A stretch of 64,000 nt of DNA, taken from assembly GCF_032191835.1 (NCBI RefSeq), contig NC_083229.1:46624001-46688000 (forward strand), given 5' to 3'. This DNA is from Heteronotia binoei. Taxonomy: Eukaryota. Made by a program: the position numbers and the translations under genes. Under the pieces are notes generated by a model that was not told the origin of the DNA, searched no databases, and worked only from the letters and a program-made list of their open reading frames with translations. Numbering within the stretch: position 1 is the stretch's first letter; each line of letters begins with the position of its first letter. Shown here piece after piece: positions 54,502 to 64,000 of this stretch.

Positions 54502-57500
54502 GTATAACTCTCTTTTTTTTCTGCTTAGGGCAACCACATTTATTTATCCAAGCATATTTATTTATCCAAACACTCTACTGAAATAGAGCTACCTGCTAGG
54601 TGCTGGCTAAATTCTTGCCTTACCACAGACTTAATAGTTGTGCTGAGTAGTTCCATGTTAGGTCAATTCAGGGTGAGTTCAGGCCATGTGAAACTTCTCT
54701 TGTATTTTACAAGCTGTGCATTTATATGCAGGGTAAAATATTTTATCTTGCATGGGACAATGCTTCTGTTATTCACTGTGCTGAAGATATATTTCTAATA
54801 ATTCCAGCGCTTAAACTGTATGTGTGGAAGCAATATAGAAAATGGTTATTTTCTCTTTATTTCATTGACAGATAAATTTTGTAACCAAGCTTTCTCCCCC
54901 TGTATTAGCGCTATCAGAAATAAATGTAGATGCATGTATTCTGTAGATGTTTGATGCAAGTGTATTGTAGGATTCAAGACCTAAGGTACATACCTGTGGT
55001 TATATATCTTCTTTCAGTAGTGGCCATGATCCAGAGTTTCAGCACTCACATACAAATTTTCTGCAGTGGATATCCTAGCACTACATTATTTTTGGTTCCT
55101 GAAAAAGGTCCTCAAAAAGGCTTTGCCAGTGACTAGAGAATCTACCATAGTCCCTGTTTGTATCAAATCTCTGTATGAAGCTGACATCTGCTAGTCTGTG
55201 AGGTATATAGTCAGTATTTGTGTGATAAAGAGTCTTCTAAATTTTATATTCCAGAGGAGATGAAAAACCCAAGCAAAAATATTCCAAGGACTGTGATGAC
55301 TGCACTTCCTTTAGTGACTGCATTTTACTTGCTGGTAAATGTTTCATACTTGACAGTTCTCACACCCAAGGAAGTTGTCTCCTCAGGTATGCTTAGCATG
55401 TCCGCTTCTGATTTTGGCCAGAGTATTGGGGGCAGGGATGTTTAAGTCTCCTACCCCTTTACAGAAAGTTATACAGTTTTTAAAATTCTGCACCTGTAAC
55501 CAATATACAGTAAAAATGATAAACTTGTCACTAGTGATTTGCAGAATGTTATTCTGTGCTTCTATGCTTTGTTTCTATTGCCTTTCTGTTTTTACACCTC
55601 ACACCTCTTCATTGCGGTCTCTGTCTTCACCACGTTCAAGTTATTCCTCACATTTACCGTCTTCATTCTCAGCTTCTTTGAACTCAGGCAAGTCATTTTC
55701 AGTCCCATTCATGGAATCTGAACTACAGTATTTATTAAACCCTTTATCTAGAACTCCTGGATTTATCCTATCCCTTGTTATGTTTTTTAATCCAATGAAA
55801 AAACAGTGTTGCACGAGGCTTCTTTATTGCACTGTAGGGGTTAAAACATGATTCCATCACCAAGAGCAATTCTGGCTATAAAGACCAGGGATGGGCACAA
55901 ACCTCATGATTCTAATTTCCTGACAAACATTGCTGGCTAGTGGTTTGCAAACTGGAGGTTCATGCCCATCCCTATCCATGATGCTCCCATGACCCTCCAC
56001 ATAGTTTCAGAGGTGCTTGGGGGTTCATGTTGGGAAGGGGGAAGATGCAAGAGGAATCACTGAAATGGCTTGCATCCATTAGATGCAAGCCATTTCAACT
56101 ATCTCTCGCCCCCCCAAGCATTCACTTTAAATGATTTTTGCAAGAAAAACATGAGTGAAGTCCTTCTTGCAGTACTGTTTTATTACCTCTTTTATTGTTT
56201 TAATGTATTTTGTGTTTTTATTGCTCTTCTTGCTGCTTTTTGTTTTTTTAAACTTGTTTCTGTGTGTTTCTATGCTGCTGGCTTTCTATTGTTTTATCTG
56301 TTGTAAGCCACTTGTACTATATTTTGTTGGGAAGGAAGGATATAAGTAGGATATAAGTTAATAAATGAACAGAGACTTGCTTGCTGATCCTGCAGTGTTT
56401 AACAAGTGGCAAGGCTGGCGAGCTGTTAGCACAAGTCATCTAATATTTTTGGTATTTCCTTGCAGTTGCTGTAGCAGTCACATGGGCTGACAGAGTGATC
56501 CCTTCAATTGCATGGATTATTCCTGTATCTGTGGCCATTTCAATATTTGGTGCCCTTAACAGCAGCATGTTTACACTGGGACGATTAAGCTATGCTGGGA
56601 GTCAGTCTGGACATTTGCCCACTATAATATCCATGCTTAATGTCCACTATTGGACTCCAGCGCCAGCCATGATTTTCTCAACCATTATTGCATCCATTTT
56701 TATTATCCCATCAGACCTAATTGCTTTAACCAGTTATTTTGGATTCTCTGTCTGGCTCATGATTGGATTTACGTGTGCTAGCCTGATTGTCCTTCGGTAC
56801 CGAGAACCTAATCTACACAGACCATACAAGGTAAAAGGGAATAAGTTAAAATATGTAATCAAAGTTTCTGAAAACATTTTATTGTGAATAATATGTGGGT
56901 CTTACAAACCTTTACAAGTTAGTTATGCCATGATAAATAGACTATTTCATTTAAACAAGCTTAGCACCACTAATATCAGTGATGCTGCAGCACTTCAGTC
57001 TCCAAATTTACAAACTCTTGGTGCTTAAATTGAATTATCCAAGGGATCTCAAAGAATAAAATAAGCCTCTTCAGGGGAATGCATGTGAGTATTAGGGGAA
57101 CAGTTTACTGTGATATTGTTACATGTTCCTCATTTCTTCAAATATTAGGAAGTACTGGAAGGAAGTACTTTCCTGTACTGGTTTCCTTTGGAGGATGGAT
57201 TACTGAGTCTTACAGCATTCCTGTAATATTTACTTTATTAGAAAATATACAAGTGGAGCACTGATGCAGGCGAAGAGGCATCCCCCAGGATAGGAGATCC
57301 ACTACTCCTCATCAGATTCACAGAGGGAAGTCCTGTCAGCAGATCTGTCTGCTTCCCTTGCTGCTTCTTCCCTCACAGAGGCATACCTCTCTCTCCATTC
57401 ACCTATGAGGGACCACTAGGCTTCCCAACCCTCCCGCCCTGGCGGGGGACCCCAGGATGTCCACCCTCTTCCCCCGCTCCCCAAAAAAATGGAAGTGGGG

Positions 57501-59989
57501 GGAGGGAGGGAAACGGCACCGGGGAGCATGGCGAGCCGCCCCATCCCGGAGCGGGCGAGGCCGCCGCGCCGCTGCCCCCTCCCCACCCACCGCAGCTGCT
57601 CGTCCGAGATGGGCCCAGGCTGAGCCCATCTCGGAGGAGCAGCCAAGACGCGGCAGCAGCACAGGGGAGGGAGAGGCAGGCCAGGAGCATGGCGAGCCGC
57701 GAATCCGAGCCCGCCTCCACCCCCCTCCGATTCCACCCCAGAGGCAGAGCGGGCGAGGCCGCCGCGCCGCTGCCGCCTCTTCTCCGCTCGCCGTGGCTGC
57801 TCCTCCGAGATGGGCTCAGGCTGAGCCCATCTCAGAGGAGCAGCCACGGTGAGCGGAGGAGAGGCGGCAGCGGCTCAGCGGCGTCGCCCGCTCTGAGACG
57901 GGGCGGCTCGCCATGCTCCCCGGCGCCGTTTCCCCCTCCCCCCTAGCTTCACCCCAGTGTCTCCTGGCTCCACCCCCAAAGTCCCCAGATATTTCTGGGG
58001 TTGGACTTGGCAACCCTAGGGACCACCAAACTCTGGTGGGAGGTAGAACGGAATCACTGGATGATCCTCTTCTCCATCTTGGTCAAATCCCAGATCTGTT
58101 CTAGACACTAAAATGAGCACATGCTTGCTTGAGAAGTGGAAATATCTAATTATCTGGCCATGTACAGATAATTCTGCCCCCATTCCAGTGCTTTTTGTCC
58201 ATTCTGATCCCCTGAGCCCCTGAATTCCCTTGGTGGTCATAGGGAACCTTCCTCCTGTTTTTGTTCAGCGGCAAAGCTTATCAAATCTAACCCAGTGTTT
58301 ACAATTGGGTGAGTCTCACAGAATAACTAATTAATATTAAAAATAAGTTATTCCAAACTTTCTTTCACAGCCCAATATTGCTCAGTGTTTTTTCAGAATT
58401 CAGATCTTAACCTATATATTAGCTTTAACAATGGTAATTATCTAAAATTTCAAACAGTGAACAGTGCAAATGGTAGAAAGGAAAATGGAGATTAATATGT
58501 ATTCATGTATAGATGTTTGGGCATCTGTCTGCATGGCTGATAAGAAAGGGTGAATTTATAGGACCAAAACTCAGCTAACTATTTTGTTCTCCAGAGGTGA
58601 TCAACTGCATAGGAGCACAAAGATACCACATGGACATAGTGAGCCAGGGCTGGGGATGAGAGAAACAGATGGTTTATTGGAAGTTTGAGCAAATGGGACA
58701 TGTGTTAAGGATAGGGATCAGTTGAAGGCAGAACTGCAGAACTTAAGAAGTGAACAAAAGAAAGAAGGGGGGGGGGGGCAAAGCTCCAACATCCTTCTTC
58801 CCACATGTTGCACATTGTGGAAGCAGTAAGAAACCACCTAGGAGAGGTTGGTCATGGGCAGTGGTGAAGGTGATAAGGTGGTGATTAGGCAGATAGGGGT
58901 CAGAGACATAACAGTTTTTGATGAAGATATTCAAGACTGTGCCCAAGGCAGACTCTGTCTGAAGGTGGAGATCAGTGGAAGAAGGTAGAAATAGGAAACA
59001 GCAAGGCGGTTATTATCATGAATATTGACATCATCCAAGAGCTGCATCTCTGTGCAACTATTGGAATGTATGGGTTGGTTATGAATGGCTCAAAACTGGC
59101 TGCATCTCCTTTACTTATTTAGTTGATTTGATTTCAATTCCACCCTTTCACACCAACGGCTCAGGGTGGAGTACAAAATATCAACAATGACAATAATAAA
59201 TCACTGTGATTAATTAATAAAAACATGCCATTAAAAACATGTCATCTCCTTGTTTAGAAGCCATCTGTGGGGCAGCAAACCATAGTTCACTATATTATCT
59301 GAATCAAACATTAGTTGGGCATCTGAAGCCTCTCATTTTGAGGGGAGGGGGGAAAGAAGACTTATAAATAATGTTAATGTGGTAATGTGTAAGAAAAATT
59401 AATTATCCATCCCAATCAATGCAGGTTTTAAAGTCACAATGATAAACAAGCTTGAAACAAAGCCAATATAAGTGTTTTGTGAAAACAATATAACTGTTTT
59501 GTGAGAAGTTGTTGCTACTGTGCAAGGTGACTGCAAGCCAACCGTGAATATTTAGGAGTTATGATGGAAATGCAGCTTTGGAAAGATTGTGCCTGGGGCT
59601 ACTTCAGTTGTTTTCACAGATTGGAAAACAGGCTGCTGGGAACTCAAGACCTTGTGTACAGAATATGAAAAAAGGAGTTTGTGTGTATATATTTACTCCA
59701 TGCTGGTTTATATATCTGACTTTTGCTTTCTCAACCCTCTTTTTCTATTCTGCAGGTTTTTTTACCAGTTGCATATGGAATGGTGGCAGTTTCTCTGTTC
59801 TTAGTTTGTGCTCCTATAGTTTGGTCTCCAAAGGTGCAGTACATATATGCATTCCTTTTCGTGCTTGGGGGTCTTCTCTTATATGTGCCTTTTGTACATT
59901 TTAAAATACATTTTGAATTTGTTGACAAAATTACATGCTATCTGCAGTTGTTGCTGGAGGTTTCACATGCTGATCACAAATACGAGTAA
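53784..59989 (+). CDS. SLC7A13: SLC7A13-like (AGT1/Asc-2 subgroup) heteromeric amino-acid transporter light chain, 482 aa; join(53784..54501,55255..55386,56466..56830,59756..59989)
   Basis: TM1 IVGAGIFVSP, heavy-chain cysteine in QPFYGECQAP, RKENVARFENVF, VAVTWADR, YREPNLHRPYK, KITCYLQLL. The 4-exon layout resembles recalled SLC7A13. Orthology versus Slc7a12 is unresolved. Confidence 0.85.
55255..55386 (+). CDS. SLC7A13: SLC7A13-like exon 2
   Basis: EEMKNPSKNIPRTV...KEVVSS; ccag / gtatgc. Confidence 0.92.
56466..56830 (+). CDS. SLC7A13: SLC7A13-like exon 3
   Basis: VAVAVTWADRVIP...LHRPYK; tgcag / gtaaaa. Confidence 0.92.
57417..58018. mobile_element. CpG-rich hAT-type non-autonomous element (602 bp) with internal palindromic repeats
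   Basis: Ends taggcttccc / ggcaacccta; perfect TSD gggaccac (57409-57416, 58019-58026). Confidence 0.9.
58780..59060 (-). mobile_element. Ancient L2-like endonuclease fragment
   Basis: GTVLNIFIKNCYVSDPYLPNHHLITF resembles the GHTLDL...SDHHL motif of APE-type endonucleases. Confidence 0.45.
59756..59989 (+). CDS. SLC7A13: SLC7A13-like exon 4 (terminal)
   Basis: VFLPVAYG...HADHKYE*. Confidence 0.92.
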   Translation, partial: VFLPVAYGMVAVSLFLVCAPIVWSPKVQYIYAFLFVLGGLLLYVPFVHFKIHFEFVDKITCYLQLLLEVSHADHKYE

Positions 59990-60339
59990 TGGCTGTCATT
60001 TATATTTTGTGTTCATTTTAAAAGCCATCTCTCTAAATTATGGGCTATTAGTAACCATAAAGCTAAGTAAGTCTAAAAAAAATCATAGAGGTAAATATTT
60101 TAAAACAAGCACATTCCACAATATTTTTTTTACATTCTACAGTCTCCATTTCATTTTTTCAAAACTAAAAATATTGTTTTTCAAGTATATATTAAAAAAA
60201 TACTGAAAAGGCTAGTATCTGCATATATATATATGTTACAAAAAGCTGAATGTGTTGAATTACTTTGTCAATTTTATATTCATATTGTTAGCTTCATTTA
60301 TATCCATGTTGTTAGCTTCAGTATCATGTTGTTAGTTGT

Positions 60340-61420
60340 GTGGCTGCAACAGGTTAAATATTAAATATTTCTGTTGATGGGCAGCCAACCGGACACCATT
60401 CCCATGAATTTAGCTGAGAGTTTGGAGGCCATGGTTGGTTAGTAAAGCAGAGCAGGCTGAAACTGAATCCAGGTAAGATGGTGGTTCTCTGGCTGGGGGA
60501 AGGGGAGCTGAGGTCAGGTTACCAACTCCTGGCTCTTGATGGTGTGGCCCTTTCACCAACCCCTAACGTCAAGAGCCTGGGCTTGATTCTGGATATCACC
60601 TTGTCTATGGAGGTCCAGGTTATGAAAGTTGCCAAGCTGGCATTTTTTTCAGCTGCACCAGGCTAGGCAATTGGCTCTCTACCTGTCTTGCCCCAACCTA
60701 GCCACTGTAATCCATGCAACGACTGCCTCCAGGATAGACTACTGTAATTTACTGTATGTAGGCCTACCCTTGCGCTTGACCCAGAAGCTCCAACTGATCC
60801 AGAAAGTGGCTGGGTAGGTCCTTGTGGGGACCCCTCAGACTGCATATATTCAGCCTGTGCTGTGCAAGCTGCACTGGCTTCCAGTGGAGCACCAGATCTG
60901 GTTCAAGATTTTGGTTTTAACCTTTAAGGCCCTTAGCAGGGACCCACATACCTCTGGGACCACCTCTCCCAATATGCACTTGAAGGGCATTATGATTGAA
61001 CAATAAGAACCTTTTGGTGATTTCCAGCCTAAAAGAGGTCCAGCTGTCCTCAACTAGGACTAGGGCTTTTTCAGCCCTGGTACCCACGTGACGGAATGCT
61101 CTGCCTTAGAACATCCATGCCCTGTGGGAGCTGCTACCTTTCCGTAGGGCTTGCAAGGCAGAGATGTTCTGCCTGGCATTTGATTGAAGACAGCAATGGT
61201 TTGACATTCTCATATCCCCCCACCTCCCTCCTTACCTTCTATAACCCCACTATCCAGGGGTCAGTGGGAAGAATTTTCTGTATGCCATCTTGATATTGTA
61301 TTGATTTTAATTATTGTTTTAATCTTTATTATTTATTGTCTCTCCATTTATGATGTAAGCACCTAAGCCCTATTTTTAGGGAAGGATGGCCAATAAATTG
61401 AACATAATAATAATAATATT
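60340..61420 (+). mobile_element. L2 3' remnant (~1.1 kb)
   Basis: [50 protein letters not shown]; (AAT)n tail. Confidence 0.85.
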
Positions 61421-62075
61421 GGCTCAGTTCATACATCACAGAGAAGTGGTTTAATTGGACTAACTATAGTTGGTATGATGCAGCTATTCCACTAAGACTG
61501 GGTAGCTGGTGTCCATCAAACCAGAATCAGAAGATGGTTTATGAGCCACAGTTAGTCTTAGCTGTAGTGTTGTGTGATGTCTGAGGCCTCCTGTCTTAAT
61601 CCTGGCTTATTCCTTGGTGAAACCCTGATACAGAGAGAAGGAAATTAAACCAGTATTAGTTGAGGCAGACCAAGATTTTAGATTCACAAACTAATCATAA
61701 TTGACATAAACCATGGTTTTGTGATATGTCTGAACAAAGTCTAGACCACTGCATAATTTGTGATATGTTTGAACCAATGTGTAATTGAACAATAAATGCA
61801 AGTTGTAAACTTGAGTCATAGATGTATCTTTTTGTTTTGTTTTGTTTGCTAGTTTTACTCTGTAAAAAGCCATATACATTGATGGCACTATGTAAAGCAA
61901 CCAATAAATAAGACATAATCATAGTTTATTCATTTTATGCAATCCCTGAATGTGTTTGTAATGACCACCTTGAAATATCCAACTTGTTGAAGGACACACT
62001 ATCTATTTTAGACCCTTCTGCATGTAATGCCAGTCACTATGTAGCTACTTGCAATACTTCCCATCATGAAACATA

Positions 62076-62485
62076 GATCCAGAGGAGTTAGCCTGTTAGT
62101 CTGTTGCTACAAAATAGTAAAAAGTCCAGTAGCACCTTTAAGACAAATTTTATTGTAGCATAAGCTTTCGAGAAACACAGGTCTCTTCATCATCATGAAA
62201 TAGGCACCAAAACATACTTCTAAGGATAAGATGTATGGACATTCACTGGATTCCTAGTAGTTTTTTAAACTAAAGAAATCTTTTTGAACCTGTGCATAGA
62301 GAACGTTCTCGCTGTAATCCAGATGTCCTGCTTCTCCCAAAAAAGTTCACTCACAGCTGTATCCTTAGATTCAGGTGGGTAGCCTTTCATTGTTTGTATC
62401 TATGGAAATGTGTGTGCACATGAAAACTTATACTTTGGATAAAACTTTGTTGGTCTTAAAGGTGCCACTGGACTCAAGCTTTCTC
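62076..62485. mobile_element. Penelope-like terminal-repeat fragments in opposite orientations
   Basis: agtccagtagcacctttaagac (62124) and gtcttaaaggtgccactggactc (62453); a related fragment lies at ~36685-36735. Confidence 0.55.
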
Positions 62486-62867
62486 AGTTTTTTCCTGGTC
62501 AAGATCCAGAAAAAAGCAACCTAAGAAGGCCTGAGGTAATCACAATATGAAAAGACGAGCAAAGACTCTCAGCATACGAACCAGGAACCACCACTGAAAA
62601 TGGACTTGTCTGGCTCTTCATGTCTAATGTTGCCTTTAGCACTGGAAGTATTTTTATTTATTTATTAGATTTCTATTCCACCTTTTCCCAAGGGTGGATT
62701 ACAGCAGTAAAACAGCAATTGCATATAAAATACATAGTATATAAGGAAATAAAATCAACCACTGGCCATTCATGAGTAATCAGTAAAATATAAGGAAGTG
62801 AATGGGTGGATGAATTCCAGGTGGGGCAACAGAACAAGATCAGGGAAGGCCTCCTTGGAGAAGAAGA

Positions 62868-63129
62868 TGATATCGGATTTGTATCCTGCCCTCCACTCTG
62901 AAGAATCTCAGAGCGGCTCACAATCTCCTTTACCTTCCTCCCCCACAAGAGACACCCTGTGAGGGGCTGGAGAGAGCTCTCACAGCAGCTGCCCTTTCAA
63001 GGACAACCTCTGGCAGAGCTATGGCTGACCCAAGGCCATGCTAGCAGGTGCAAGTGAGGAGTGGGGAATCAAACCAGGTTCTCCCAGATAAGAGTCCACA
63101 TACTTAACCACTACACCAAACTGGCTCTC
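62868..63129 (-). mobile_element. Squam3C-like SINE, full length, inside an L2 remnant (62650-63270)
   Basis: Same family as 24532-24812; flanks tggagaagaaga / tgtagaagaaga. Confidence 0.9.
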
Positions 63130-64000
63130 TGTAGAAGAAGACTGAACTGCAAAGCCCTACAGAAGCTCGGAAGATCCCACAGGGCTCAAATCTTATCCAG
63201 CAAGGCATTCCACCAGGGTGGGGCCAAGGTGGAAAAAGCTTTTGTCCTGGTGGTAGCTAAGCGGACAATAGCTAACCCAATGAAATATCACAGTGATACT
63301 TTTTCTGTACAAGCAGGGGGGAAAGCAGCAAAAATTGTATCTATCTTGCTCTGGGTAGAATTTAATTTTTTTAGTGACACACAAAGTTGCTATATAAAGG
63401 CAGGAAAATAGTGCCTCATCTGCTGTCCAAGGCAATGGTTCACATTATTTCATGGTTCAACCAACTATGCCTAGAACATGAAAGAATCCACCAGGATTAC
63501 AGTGATTACACAGCAATATTATAGGCAGATATTTCAGGACAGATGTTTGGGATTGGAAAACCAGGACTGTTTGCAGTAAGAGTATGTCTATGAATCTGTC
63601 CACTAGATGGTGCCACTCAAACATAGCTGCTATGAATCATCAACCTGGCTTATAGTGCAGCATTAAATCTCCCCCCCCCCCCCCAAAAAAAAAGTGAAAT
63701 CATCCTTTAGTTCAGAAGCTTAAAAGCCAAAGGGAAACAGACTCTTAATATCTTAATCAAAAGGCCAAGAAAACATAAGTGCAGGTTTGTATGGTGATGG
63801 TGAAAACTTTATAAAGTGGCTGGAAATGCAACAAAGAGTATCTTAACTACTGTCCATTGGGCAGGACAGCAAACAGAAGTTTCCTTCTATAACCAAAGTT
63901 CTTGGTATGATTTCTTAAATTTTGGCTTCAGCTCAGTGCCATTTAGTTGGTTACCCACCTGGATCTAGTTTGTAGTTCAGTTAACTTCCTCCACTAGCCC

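Noticed and set aside
57399-57946. Overlapping 65-143 aa ORFs on both strands
   Set aside because: An artefact of very high GC content within a TSD-flanked non-autonomous transposon.

Overview
Vertebrate genomic DNA, very probably a gecko (Squam3-, Sauria- and Squam2-type SINEs). I reconstructed four spliced genes by hand from splice sites and reading-frame continuity: RBIS/C8orf59 (+, 3 coding exons, 99 aa), E2F5 (-, 8 exons, 322 aa, with a U12-type AT-AC intron), LRRCC1 (-, 19 exons, 1033 aa) and an SLC7A13/Slc7a12-like amino-acid transporter light chain (+, 4 exons, 482 aa). Introns and intergenic DNA carry CR1 and L2 LINE fragments, tRNA- and 5S-derived SINEs, Penelope-like ends and several hAT-type non-autonomous elements with 8-bp target-site duplications. 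The most unusual features: (1) a ~3.6-kb hierarchical tandem array (144-bp monomer, 288-bp dimer, duplicated terminal block, internal hairpin, ORFs open on both strands) next to the RBIS CpG island; (2) convergent RBIS/E2F5 3' ends with a small duplication that doubles miR-181 and miR-132 sites; (3) a self-nested hAT quasi-palindrome upstream of LRRCC1; (4) a 53-bp-arm hairpin in a young CpG-rich element; (5) an SLC7 gene at the position where rodents have Slc7a12. Comparisons to human and mouse proteins, miRNAs and gene order are from memory and were not computed. There is one 132-N assembly gap.
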